In this document: piece after piece, positions 23,960 through 34,600 of the stretch
How the letters are laid out: the number at the start of each line of letters is the position of its first letter
Numbering within the stretch: the stretch's first letter is position 1
Source: a virus
Direction: 5' to 3' (one strand)
Virus record (IMG/VR): IMGVR_UViG_3300027860_000014
Length of the DNA stretch: 48,027 bases
Program-made: the position numbers and the translations under genes
Notes under the pieces: generated by a model
Database searches by the model: none
What the model saw: the letters and a program-made list of their open reading frames with translations, nothing else
What the model was told of the DNA's origin: nothing

Positions 23960-26166
23960 CTGCACTAATACTAGACGGATTTGATCATTATGGTCTTGGG
24001 TCTTCGTCCACAGCAAATATGCTGAATGGTTCGTGGGCTCAGGTGGCCAGTGCGACTTGTTCAGCGGCCATCACCCCAGCAACCGGTGTTGGCTGTCTTG
24101 CTGTTGTGCCTAGCCCATTTAATGACGGATCTGTTCGCCGAGTTCTACCCACCTCTTCGGCCAATGTGTTTGCATCTTTCAGGGTGTACCTGCCTTATTT
24201 ACCCGTAATCTCTCCCTGGCAATTTCCGCTATTTAGCTGGAGAGACGCAAGTAACAACATACTTGCCACTATCGGAGTGGACACCGTTGGTAATATTGAT
24301 GTGTACACGGGCAGTTTCGGGACCCTAAAGGGCACGTCAAGCACTCCCGTATTGACCGCAGGGACCTGGCACTTCATCGAATGCGAGTACAACACCACCA
24401 CGGGGGCATTCACCCTTCGGTGTGACGACGCAACGGGTACCGCAACCCCGTGTCTTACGGCCACTCTGAACACGGGAACGAATGTTGCTCAAATAGCATT
24501 CGGTAATGAGTCCAACTTCACCCAGGACCCTCCGAGTCCTCTTGTTGTCTATTTTGACGACCTATTCGTTCGAAATGACCAAGGAACTTATAATAATGGG
24601 TGGCTAGGAGATCGTCGTATTGCCACACTCCTAGTGGACGGCGAAGGGACTAATCAGGGCTGGACGCCCAACTACTATGAAAAGTTCGGTATTGGTGTCC
24701 TGCAACTGGCCACAATGCAGCCGAATATCACGACTCCGGTTAACCCAAACTCGGGTATCAGTGCCGCTGCCGCTACGGCTCTGGACGTGGGTTCGAGTGA
24801 CTTCACCCTTGAAACTTGGGTTCGTTTCGAGGCTCTTCCCGCCGCCACTCAGTACGCTTCCATCTTCAGCAGGTGGGACGCAACAAACAATCACCGCTCA
24901 TACCGGTTGATCTATGGTGGACAGACCTTCAATAATGGCTCTCTGCAGTTCGACATCTCCACAGATGGTACCGCAGCTACTCAAGCCACTCGAATAGTCT
25001 ATCCCTGGACTCCCAATCTTAATACCTGGTATCATATTGCCCTTTGTCGGTCAGCCGGAGAGCTTCTTCTCTTTGTCAATGGCCAGCAATTCGGTCTTCC
25101 TATTGCTGACAGTGCCACCTATTTTGGCGGTGGAGATGAGGTACTTGCAATTGGTTGCGAAGCGTCTGGGACCACTTCTCCGAGCTTTGTTGCCAACACG
25201 TACTTCACCGGTATGTTCGACGAGACTAGATTTACAAACGGAGTGGGTCGTTACACCACGTCCTTCAGCCCTCCCACATCCGCATTCCCCCGAGGGTCTG
25301 TGGCCGATCCTGATTGGTCCTATGTCGTCCTTATCTGTGGCTACGAGGGTGCAATCATTGATGAAAGCTCTTACGCCAGAGTACTGTCCACACTAGGCAG
25401 TAATGCTCAGGTGTTTGAGCCCTCGGACGGAGCGGCAGTCGGGGCATATTCGACCATGAATAAACTGACGCCCGATGATAATACGTACGTGAGCGCCGCT
25501 CTTACCAACGCAACCGGCGTCCTCACCATGACGACACAACCCGCCAATGGTAACACCGTAACGGTCGGGACTAAGAACGGGTCCACTGCTGCCGTGTACA
25601 CCTTTAACACCACTCTTGGCGGGGCGTTCAGCGTCCTTATTGACACTACTGCTCAAAATACTCTCCTCAATCTGTACAATGCGATTAATGCGGGACCTGG
25701 GGCGGGGACAAAATATGGTACTGGAACCACGTCTAACTATGATGTTAATGCAGTCCAACTTCCCGCTGGCCAAATAGAGGTTGTTGCTAACCTTGCGGGC
25801 ACGGGTGGCAACTCCATTGCGTCCACCTCAACTGGTACTGCGGCTACTTGGGGTTCATCCACTCTCACGGGTGGTGCTAATATCCCCGGGCCATCTGACT
25901 TTATTGTCCAACGTCCGCCGAATAACACAACCATCGTCAGTGCCGTTGCAATGACCGTACGGGCCCTGAAGAGTGACTCGGGCACCTCGACCATCCAGGA
26001 CACTCTAGTAGGGGGTCTAGGGGGCACTGAGAGCGGTTCTAGCCATGCTCTGTCGGTCAGTCCAACCTACTACACAGACATCTTTGAACAAGACCCAGAC
26101 ACCATGGCCCAGATCACCCCGACCACTATTGTTAATGGGAAGTTCCGGATCAATCGGACAGCGTAA
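23956..26166 (+). CDS. Tail protein with a LamG/concanavalin-like domain
   Basis: SSDFTLETWVRFEALP...WYHIALCRSAGELLLFVNGQQ is typical of LamG-type lectin folds. Confidence 0.5.
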   Translation: MTALILDGFDHYGLGSSSTANMLNGSWAQVASATCSAAITPATGVGCLAVVPSPFNDGSVRRVLPTSSANVFASFRVYLPYLPVISPWQFPLFSWRDASNNILATIGVDTVGNIDVYTGSFGTLKGTSSTPVLTAGTWHFIECEYNTTTGAFTLRCDDATGTATPCLTATLNTGTNVAQIAFGNESNFTQDPPSPLVVYFDDLFVRNDQGTYNNGWLGDRRIATLLVDGEGTNQGWTPNYYEKFGIGVLQLATMQPNITTPVNPNSGISAAAATALDVGSSDFTLETWVRFEALPAATQYASIFSRWDATNNHRSYRLIYGGQTFNNGSLQFDISTDGTAATQATRIVYPWTPNLNTWYHIALCRSAGELLLFVNGQQFGLPIADSATYFGGGDEVLAIGCEASGTTSPSFVANTYFTGMFDETRFTNGVGRYTTSFSPPTSAFPRGSVADPDWSYVVLICGYEGAIIDESSYARVLSTLGSNAQVFEPSDGAAVGAYSTMNKLTPDDNTYVSAALTNATGVLTMTTQPANGNTVTVGTKNGSTAAVYTFNTTLGGAFSVLIDTTAQNTLLNLYNAINAGPGAGTKYGTGTTSNYDVNAVQLPAGQIEVVANLAGTGGNSIASTSTGTAATWGSSTLTGGANIPGPSDFIVQRPPNNTTIVSAVAMTVRALKSDSGTSTIQDTLVGGLGGTESGSSHALSVSPTYYTDIFEQDPDTMAQITPTTIVNGKFRINRTA

Positions 26167-26172
26167 TGCCGT

Positions 26173-27006
26173 ATGACAACCAGCTTCGTATCGCAGCAAG
26201 CCGTCCTTTCAGGGACAGTCGGAAATACGGCTTCTCGTACGGTTCAGGCCCTTCTTCAGTACGCATATGGGCCCCCAGCAGCGCATACTTCTGGGGCGGC
26301 TCAGACAGTCATCTTGGCCGCGTACACAGACGGGGCAGACAACGTGACCTCTGAAGTTACGCAGGCCACGATGCTCATGGCGTACGGAGAGAACCAGCCC
26401 TCTGTGCCCCGCCAAACCGCCTGGACCTTTGTGATGGACGGTCATAGGTTCTATGTCCTTCCGCTGGGCCCCGAGGGAGATTGGGCGTACGACACAACGA
26501 CTCAAGAGTGGTGTCAACTCCAGTCTCAGGGTTTCGATGGTCTCAACTTCACTCACGGGGTCATGTGGGATCTTCGTGTGATGGGCGGAGACAGTTTGTA
26601 CCCATATCTTTACGAATTAGATCCGACCCAACCCATGGATGAGGGTTGGCGGGAAATTGAACGAATTGTTACCGGAGGCATTGCAACAAGGTCTCGTGCG
26701 GCTATCGGGGTTGCAAACTTTAGTGTCACCGCCAGTGTTGGGGACGACTCCGCAATTGACATGCCCATTAGTCTCGCCTTCTCCGATGACAATGGAGTTA
26801 CTTGGTCTCAAGAGTTTGACATACCCTTAACAGACGCGTCCACTCAACTTCTCATATGGAACGCCCTTGGCTCATTTTCTCAACCAGGACGGATATTCCG
26901 TATTACAGACTATGCTGGCCCTGTTCGCCTGGACGGAGCTGATGTGGTGCTTACTGTCGGCACTGGGGCTGATAGCGGTCAATCTCAAGATGGTCAGTCT
27001 AAGTAA
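26173..27006 (+). CDS. Hypothetical tail protein (277 aa)
   Basis: ORF in the tail module. Confidence 0.45.
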   Translation: MTTSFVSQQAVLSGTVGNTASRTVQALLQYAYGPPAAHTSGAAQTVILAAYTDGADNVTSEVTQATMLMAYGENQPSVPRQTAWTFVMDGHRFYVLPLGPEGDWAYDTTTQEWCQLQSQGFDGLNFTHGVMWDLRVMGGDSLYPYLYELDPTQPMDEGWREIERIVTGGIATRSRAAIGVANFSVTASVGDDSAIDMPISLAFSDDNGVTWSQEFDIPLTDASTQLLIWNALGSFSQPGRIFRITDYAGPVRLDGADVVLTVGTGADSGQSQDGQSK

Positions 27007-27656
27007 TGGCAACGGCTAATTCAAGCGGAGCCACAACCTCTCAGGACACTGGGCCTCTCGACTGGCGTATTGCGATTGTCACCCCGGCGGGTAAACCCAC
27101 ACCCGAGTTTCAAAGGCGTTGGAACCTTCAAAGAAATAACAATGGGCTTATTGGCTCATTTCCGGAAGGCTCTGGGCCGCCAACAGGGACACCGACAGAT
27201 GGTCAGCAATATGTAGACACGTCCTCAACTCCTCCCACACTTTACACAGGCATTAATGGGTCTTGGGAAGTTGTAGGAGTTCAGACGTTTATCGAACTTT
27301 CAGATGTACCTTCTAGTTACGCAGCTAAAGGTGGATATATAGTTGCTGTCAATTCCGGAGCAACTGGTCTAACCTTTGACACTCTTTCAGGTCTGATTGA
27401 CTCTCTCGTCGGAACACCAACTCAGGGTGATATTCTCTACAGATCGTCCACTGGTTGGGTTGCTCTGGCCCCAGGGGTTGCTGGGTACGTCCTGCAGACA
27501 AATGGGACGGGAGCTAATCCGAGTTGGGTTGCTCAGACTGGTGGTGGGGGATCGACTCAGGTGTGGCTTCCATTGGTAACCGGAGATCTCAGTGAACCCG
27601 CTCCACAACTTATTTCAGATCCTTATGGTCAATGTATTGGAGTTAGAGTAGCGTGA
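27006..27656 (+). CDS. Tail fibre protein
   Basis: FIELSDVPSSYAAKGGYIVAVNSGATGLTF and GDILYRSSTGWVALAPGVAGYVLQTNG, motifs common in phage fibres. Confidence 0.55.
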   Translation: MATANSSGATTSQDTGPLDWRIAIVTPAGKPTPEFQRRWNLQRNNNGLIGSFPEGSGPPTGTPTDGQQYVDTSSTPPTLYTGINGSWEVVGVQTFIELSDVPSSYAAKGGYIVAVNSGATGLTFDTLSGLIDSLVGTPTQGDILYRSSTGWVALAPGVAGYVLQTNGTGANPSWVAQTGGGGSTQVWLPLVTGDLSEPAPQLISDPYGQCIGVRVA

Positions 27657-28540
27657 CAGCACCAAATAGTTTCTCACCTAATCAGGTCTGGGCCAGCCCC
27701 GCTAGTGGAGCTGCTGGACAAATGGTTGTGAGATCTTTGGTTGCTAGTGATCTTCCGGCGGGCGTTGGGACGGGAACGGTCACCTCCGTAGGCCTAACAG
27801 CCCCCGCCATCTTCAACGTCACCGGCTCGCCCGTTACCACGGCGGGATCGCTCAATCTTGGGCTTGCGAACCAGTCCGCCAATCAGGTCTGGGCGGGGCC
27901 TGCATCTGGGGGAGCCGCTGCGCCGGGGTTTCGGGCTTTGGTGGCTGGCGACATCCCCGGTACCTTGAACGCGGAAATCATCGATCCCTACACCGGATCG
28001 GGGGTCGCGCCGTCGCCTCCCTCGGCTAACACGCCCCTCATCGTGCGCGCCGCCGATGGCGTGCAGTCCAACATCACCGTTCAGTCTTTCGGCACAGGAT
28101 CGTCCGCTAACTTCCAATCAGCTAATGGAACACGTGCCGCCCCCACGGCGACTACCGCATCCCAGAACTTCGGCATATTCCGCATTTACGGTTTCGACGG
28201 ATCGAACTTTATCCAAGGCGGTAACTTCCGGGCCGTTGCTACACAGAACTGGACGGTAGGATCTAACGGTACAGCCTTCCAGATGCTGACTACCGAAAAC
28301 GGATCGGCCAGTATACGGGTTGGCCTAATGGTCGATCACGATACCACACTTTATCAGGGTCAACTTCAGACTGTTGCCACATTGGCGTCATCCACAATCC
28401 TCGCTACGACGATCACTGGGCGAACGTTCGTTAGCGACAGCACTGTCGGTCCTGTAGGAAACTTCGGGGAGATTGTAGTCGGTGGTGGAACCAATGTTGT
28501 TCCTGTTTGGAATGACGGGACCCACTGGCGGATCGGATGA
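27653..28540 (+). CDS. Tail fibre protein with an internal duplication
   Basis: PNQVWASPASGAAGQMVVRSLVASDLPAG and ANQVWAGPASGGAAAPGFRALVAGDIPG repeats. Confidence 0.55.
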   Translation: MTAPNSFSPNQVWASPASGAAGQMVVRSLVASDLPAGVGTGTVTSVGLTAPAIFNVTGSPVTTAGSLNLGLANQSANQVWAGPASGGAAAPGFRALVAGDIPGTLNAEIIDPYTGSGVAPSPPSANTPLIVRAADGVQSNITVQSFGTGSSANFQSANGTRAAPTATTASQNFGIFRIYGFDGSNFIQGGNFRAVATQNWTVGSNGTAFQMLTTENGSASIRVGLMVDHDTTLYQGQLQTVATLASSTILATTITGRTFVSDSTVGPVGNFGEIVVGGGTNVVPVWNDGTHWRIG

Positions 28541-28575
28541 GAATAAGCGATGAAGCTAGTTGGAGAATAGGCTAA

Positions 28576-29481
28576 ATGTCCGCATCCTCGACCATCATAA
28601 ACTACCTCGGCGAGGGTCTGGCGGCCAATCGTCCTGCGGCTCCCATCCCCTTCTCGGGTGGGTTGGCTTTCTATTACGCCACGGACACTGCAACTCTGTC
28701 GTTTTATGACTACAGCACCTCGGCGTGGATCACCGTTGGCGGTGGCGGGGGATCTGTGAGCTTTGGTTCGGGCGCGCCCTCAACCCTTGTCAGCGAAGGG
28801 GCGATCTACTTCAACACGGCGTCGACTCCCTATGTCGGCTATGTTCAACATTCATCCGCATGGCACTCATTTAGCAGTTCAGGCGGAGGATTTTCCGCTG
28901 GCTCACCCCCAACCATCGTTCAGTTCGGGTATGAAAATAGTGGATCAGCCTCAGTCACGCTCGGTGCCGCCCCCACAAATGGTAACACACTGGTCGCCCT
29001 CTGCTGGACGTCAAATAATGCCGCTGGTGCTGGGTGGACCAGACAGGCCAATGACGCATCGGGCACCGACTATGCAGACATTCTTACAAAGGTCGCGGGG
29101 TCAAGCGAAAGTGCAACTCAGACCCCTGTAACTGGTGGTGCGGGTGGGGCTATTATGATGTGGGAGTTGAATGGTGTGAATGCCACCAACCCCATCGTTA
29201 ATGTGTCTGTTACCGCTCAGCAAGGTGGACCATTTGTTAGCTCCACAGCGTACAATCAATTCCCAAATATGTTAACACTTGCGGGAGTTGCTGTGGTCCC
29301 TTCCACCACAATTACCGAGACCTATGGCGGTCTAACTCAGGACGTGTCTAATTCGGGGACTAGAAACATCTACGGAGGGCACTCGACCTATGCCGGAGCG
29401 ACAATCTCACAGATTATTGCTATGATCTCCGCATCTGGATCCGGGGCCGCCAAGGCTGAAATCATTCAGTTAACGTCTTAA
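28576..29481 (+). CDS. Tail fibre / receptor-binding candidate
   Basis: N-terminal INYLGEGLAANRPAAP..YYATDT pattern followed by a Gly run. Confidence 0.45.
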   Translation: MSASSTIINYLGEGLAANRPAAPIPFSGGLAFYYATDTATLSFYDYSTSAWITVGGGGGSVSFGSGAPSTLVSEGAIYFNTASTPYVGYVQHSSAWHSFSSSGGGFSAGSPPTIVQFGYENSGSASVTLGAAPTNGNTLVALCWTSNNAAGAGWTRQANDASGTDYADILTKVAGSSESATQTPVTGGAGGAIMMWELNGVNATNPIVNVSVTAQQGGPFVSSTAYNQFPNMLTLAGVAVVPSTTITETYGGLTQDVSNSGTRNIYGGHSTYAGATISQIIAMISASGSGAAKAEIIQLTS

Positions 29482-29482
29482 G

Positions 29483-29890
29483 ATGAGAACGTACGACCTA
29501 GCCCTAATCAGCGAAGCTATTGGATTCTTTCTGAAAGACGATAACTTCAAAGTCGATCCGGTTGAGTGGATTAAAGATCCTGAGAATATTGCTCTTGTCA
29601 ATGATCGAGGTGACCTAGCCGTATTTGAGAAGGGGATCAAACATGTGTACTCGGGCCATTACTACTTTAAGTCACGCGGGCGATCCGCCCTGATTGCGGC
29701 CCGAGAGTTCCTTGACGAAATCTTTAATACGTGTTATAATATACCTGTGATAATTGGACTTACACCCCTGAACTACCTGGGGGCTCGGTGGCTAAGCCGT
29801 CAAGTTGGTTTTACCTCACACGGTGTCATTCACTTCAACGATAAGCATTACGAACTATTTATACTCACTAAAGAGGAATTTAACCGATGA
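29483..29890 (+). CDS. Low-G+C gene, possibly a GNAT-like acyltransferase fold
   Basis: A 60-nt line at 29701 counts 35% G+C against about 58% in the flanking genes. C-terminal LTPLNYLGARWLSRQVGFTSHG resembles a GNAT C-terminal motif (weak). Confidence 0.35.
   Translation: MRTYDLALISEAIGFFLKDDNFKVDPVEWIKDPENIALVNDRGDLAVFEKGIKHVYSGHYYFKSRGRSALIAAREFLDEIFNTCYNIPVIIGLTPLNYLGARWLSRQVGFTSHGVIHFNDKHYELFILTKEEFNR
29712..29740 (+). promoter_or_regulatory. Intragenic near-consensus sigma70 promoter (TTGACG-N17-TATAAT)
   Basis: TTGACGaaatctttaatacgtgtTATAAT inside 29483-29890, pointing at the ejection-protein genes. Confidence 0.35.
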
Positions 29891-30399
29891 GTTCAATCTT
29901 TGGAGGTTCTCAGAATCAGAGTCAGAATCAGAGTTCCTCTTCAAACCAAGCGTATCCGATGCTCAGCCAGGCTCTCGGTGGCAACATCTCTAGCGGAACC
30001 GGGGCGACCAGCCAGATTGCCAATCTTCTAGGGGTCAACGGCAGTGCTGCTCAGAATCAAGGGTTTCAGAACTGGCAGGGCAGCACTGGATATCAGTTCG
30101 GCCTAAACCAGGGTACTCAAGCTCTTACGGGTAACGCGGCCGCTTCGGGGCTTCTCGACAGCGGGGCAACTGCTAAAGCCCTCAACACGTACGGTCAGAA
30201 TTATGCCAATACACAGTACGGCAACTACATGAGTCAGCTTCAAGGTCTTGCTGGAATTGGTAACACGTCTGCTGGTATTGTCGGATCTACGGGCCAAGTT
30301 AGTCAATCTAGCGGGTCTAGCAGTGGATCCAGTACTCCTGGTTTCTTTGGTAATAACGGAGCTGCTTCTGGATTTGTTGGTGGTCTTCTGGGGAAATAA
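29887..30399 (+). CDS. Gly/Ser/Gln/Asn-rich internal virion (ejection) protein candidate
   Basis: Low-complexity 170-aa product; position between the fibres and the large internal protein. Confidence 0.4.
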   Translation: MSSIFGGSQNQSQNQSSSSNQAYPMLSQALGGNISSGTGATSQIANLLGVNGSAAQNQGFQNWQGSTGYQFGLNQGTQALTGNAAASGLLDSGATAKALNTYGQNYANTQYGNYMSQLQGLAGIGNTSAGIVGSTGQVSQSSGSSSGSSTPGFFGNNGAASGFVGGLLGK

Positions 30400-31677
30400 A
30401 TGGCTGATCTGTCTGGAATGCTAGATGAATATCTGCAACAAGAAGGTGGGGCTCAAGGGGCTGCCGCACAAGCTGGTGTGACTCCGGCAAGTCTTCCGGT
30501 TCAATCGTCTCAAGCCCCGTCCCCTAATGCTAGCGTTCCCGCAGCGGGTAATTTTGATGACTATTTGATGGCCAGTTCACCCTATAGTGATCCGAACAAC
30601 CCGCCAATTGATCCGTCTCAGACTGTGACCGTGACGGCCCATAAACCCACTCAAGCTCTGCAGACCAATTACGACAATACGTCTGACCTCCAAGCCATTC
30701 AGGCGGTTCAGCAGAAGCAAGCGGCCATGGGTCTTGGCAATAATGACCCGAGTGCTAATCCGGGTATTTGGGGCCTGTTACCTCAAGGAATGCAGCACGG
30801 TACACTCAGGAACATTGTGGGTGCCCTAGGGGACGCTTTCCTGATCTCCTCGGGGCATCAACCTATGTATCAGCAACGTCTTCAACGTGAAGCGATTGCT
30901 AATGCTCAGGTCGGAATGCAGAATGACCCCGGGGCCGCTGCGTCCAGAGTTGCCGCCACAGCCGCACCTGGTGCGGACACAATGGCCAATCAGATGGTGG
31001 AGCAACAGAACCAGATGAAACTCCGTCAACAGATGATGGAGCAACAGAATGTGTACCGTCAATCTGTGGTGGACGCCAGACGTCAATCCATTCTGAGCCA
31101 GATGCAGCCCAAAGCGGGTGGCCTGGTTCAAGGGGCAAAGGACAGCACTGACTATGCTCAACGCTACGCTCTTGCGGACGCCATGGCTAAGCGGGTTGAT
31201 CCGAACACCAACGCCACTGAAGCTTTTGGTCTTCCATTGCCTGAGGCTTGGACTCCCGGCTCCACGGACACAGTTGGAGCGACCACCGGTCAGGTGATGC
31301 ATAACGAGACGTCCAACGCGTCCATTCAAGAACGTGCCACCGCCGCTGCGAACCGAAATGCTGTGACTATGCGTGGGCAGAATATGGGTGCGTACAACAG
31401 TCGTTATCGCACCGACGCAACCACTCCCGCTCAGTTGAGAGCACTCCAGAACAAGCAGAACAATGGACAAACCCTGACCCCTGCTGAACAAGCTATCTGG
31501 GAACGGGGAACTCATGTGTCTGCTGGTCGAACCGGTACTAGTATTCCCGCTGGGCTTAGGGTTGGTGGTACGGGTGCCACTAATGCTCTTCCCACAATCA
31601 GTAATCCCGCAGATGCTCAGAAACTCCATAGTGGTACACACTTTATTTATCAAGGTAAGGAATACTTTAGACACTAA
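30400..31677 (+). CDS. Gln/Ala-rich internal virion (ejection) protein candidate
   Basis: 425 aa with a TAATG junction to the next gene. Confidence 0.4.
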   Translation: MADLSGMLDEYLQQEGGAQGAAAQAGVTPASLPVQSSQAPSPNASVPAAGNFDDYLMASSPYSDPNNPPIDPSQTVTVTAHKPTQALQTNYDNTSDLQAIQAVQQKQAAMGLGNNDPSANPGIWGLLPQGMQHGTLRNIVGALGDAFLISSGHQPMYQQRLQREAIANAQVGMQNDPGAAASRVAATAAPGADTMANQMVEQQNQMKLRQQMMEQQNVYRQSVVDARRQSILSQMQPKAGGLVQGAKDSTDYAQRYALADAMAKRVDPNTNATEAFGLPLPEAWTPGSTDTVGATTGQVMHNETSNASIQERATAAANRNAVTMRGQNMGAYNSRYRTDATTPAQLRALQNKQNNGQTLTPAEQAIWERGTHVSAGRTGTSIPAGLRVGGTGATNALPTISNPADAQKLHSGTHFIYQGKEYFRH

Positions 31678-34600
31678 TGCCTGATCCGTTTGCCGGAATC
31701 GCATCGCCAGTCCAAAGTGCCCCTGACCCCCTGCAGGGTATCGCCACTCCTGTGTCCACACCACCGGCCCAGAGCGATCCATTTGCCGGTGTTGCGTCCC
31801 CTGTTCAAGGATCCGCTGCTCAGCCCAATATAATTGAAAAAGGGATCATGGGCCTTGCAAATAGTCCTGTGGTCAAGGGTCTGACCGGATCGTACATGCA
31901 AGGGGTCACCAACGGTCTCTTCATGCAGCCCGTCAGAGCCGCCATGCAGGCCACAGACTTCGGTGGGTACAATGAGAAGATTAGGTCCCTGTACCCCGGC
32001 CAGACTGATGACTGGTACAATCAGCGGGTCAATGACCTCTACAACTCCGCGGTAAGTCAGTCTCGACAGGACGCCCAACAGCAGACTGCTCATAACCCAT
32101 ATCCAGGTCACCAAGTCGGTAACTTCTTGGCGAATGTTGTTAGCCAGCCCGAGATGCTTCTGATGGGCGGATCTGGGACTGGTGCAACTGTGGGTGCCCG
32201 TGTTCTTTCTGCGGGTGTCAAGAATGCCGCTATAGGTGGCGCGTCTGATGCTGCTGCCCAGATTATGGACCAGGCCACAGGGCAGAAGAAGAACTTTGAC
32301 ATTACCCAGAACCTGGCTAACGCTGCAACTGGTGGTGTGGCTGGGGCGGCTATGCACGGTGCTACTGAATTTGCTCCCGTTGTCAGTGACTTTGTTAAGG
32401 GTCTTTTCAGCGAGAGGGGTGTGGACACAAAACCACCTGAAAACCCTACGGGTGTAACAACCCCCACCACCACTAATTCGGTCCAATTTACCCCTGAGCA
32501 GGCTACTCAATTCAAGCAACTGCTTAAGACTGGTTCTGTAGACGACATCAAGAACTTCTTGGCGGGTCATAATGGCCCCCAACCCTCTTGGTCCGATGTC
32601 AATCAGATGGTCCAGATGCGGGACGGTGCGGGGCTCCCCGATCAATTCACGGGTCAACAGAACCTCAATCAGGCTCTGGACTCAATGATTTCTGATCAAC
32701 AACACCAACTTGTGTCAGATCACGTTGCGGCTCAGACTGCTGGATGGAAGAATGCCCCAGACATTGAGGTGGTTCGTAATCCCAGTGAGATTGCCGATCC
32801 CGCTGTCCGTCAGAATGTGGTGGATCAAAGTGCGGACGGATCTAAGCCTCTCGGTGTGTTTGGATCTGATGGCAAGGTTCGTCTGTTTTCTGACAACATT
32901 CCGGACGCTGAGACTGCCAATGCGGCTCTCTTCCATGAGGCTCTTGGTCACAATGGTCTGACTCAACAATTTGGTGCGGGTCTTGATCGTACTCTTCAAA
33001 CTCTTACAGATAGAAATGTCGGTAAGTTTGGAGACACGGTTGACCAATGGATGAAGGACAATCCTGGTGCGTACGGAGGGTCTAAGGTAAGAGCCGCCGA
33101 GGAGGTCATGGCCGAAATGAGCCAGGCTGGGGCACTCAAGCCTTCTTGGCAACAGGCTCTGATCTCCAAGTTCCGTCAATTCGGCCGAGGAATGGGTCTT
33201 AATCTCGCGTACTCAGACAATGAGATCCAGCACATCCTGGCGATGGCTCATGACGCCGTTATCAATGGCAAGGCCGGAGACGCAAGGGCTAATGGATTCC
33301 GTGGTACGAGACCTAGTGCTAACCCTGTAACTTCCAATTGGCTAAATCTCGACGGTACACCCCCCGAGAACAAATTTATGTTCACGGGCCCGAAAGCGAC
33401 CGGATTTGATCCGATGAATGCCACCGAGATGTCCACCGGGCCTCGAAATGAGATCAGCGACGAGGGGGCGACCATTAAGGCGTATCCACAGTCGGGTCCA
33501 AAGACACTCGGAGATGTCCTAGATCACCCTGATCTGTACGCCCAGTACCCGCACCTCAGGGACGTTCCCGTGGTCCACACGGCCCTCAGAGAGGGAATGG
33601 ACGGGGCGTACAACCCTAAGACGGGGCGGATGTACATCAGTGACACTCTGACCCCAGAGAATGAACGTAGTACGATCTTGCATGAAACCCAACATGCAAT
33701 TCAAGACTACGAGAACTATCCGGGTGCCCGGGACAATGACGCCCGTAAAGCCCCTGAGTACGACTACGATGCGGACCCTCATGAGAAAGAGGCGTACGCT
33801 ACTGAAGCTCGACAAGGTATGACTGCCGCTGAGAGGTCTGCCAACCCTCCTGAAAGGTTCATGACCCGTGCTCAATTGGCGGCCACTCCGGGTTACGTCA
33901 ATGATGATCTTGAGAGCGTTTACAGGTCTCTCATGGACAATTATGTCCCCAAGCAAACTAACTGGGCTGAGACCCGCAGAGAGGCCCTTGATGTCGGCTT
34001 CTCGCCGTCTCAGATCAAAGACCTCAAGCCCAACGAACTGGCTGCCCGTACTTGGCGGGTCAACGCTGCGGCTAATGCGGCTCTTCAGCGTATCGAAGAA
34101 CTCAACAAGCGTATCGGAACTCCTGATGAAACTGTGGCTGATCGGCAGAACTGGCTAAAGGCTGTTGCTGATCGGGACTATCTTGTCGCTAGAGCTATGG
34201 GTGACGCGTCTGAGCTTGGTCGGGCTCTACAAATCCGTAAGGCGTTCCCTTCGATCACAGCGTCCTCTATGAAGCAGATCGCTGAGGCTCTTCGTGAACA
34301 TGGTTCGGGTCTAGCAACTTTAGCCGAAGACCCTGAGAAGTTCATGAAGTTCAGTCAGATGATCAAGAACCTCATGGCTCAAGGCAACCCTAAAGGTGCT
34401 AATGTGGCCCTTGCAGGGTTCACCAAACCATATTTTGAACAATATATGACTTCTGTCCATTTCAATATGATGCTTGCGAGCTTGTCTGCTCAAGCAAAAG
34501 CACCTATTGACATGATGACTGGAATTACTCGTAATGTAATTGAACGAGGAGTCGCAGTCCCGATTGGTTTGGCCCGTAAAACTGTCCTAACTGCAATCGG

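Noticed and set aside
30826-32657. Two long minus-strand ORFs (30826-31782 and 31674-32657)
   Set aside because: They are antisense to the ejection-protein genes in an otherwise uninterrupted plus-strand block. They have no ribosome-binding site and a biased composition typical of G+C-rich antisense frames.
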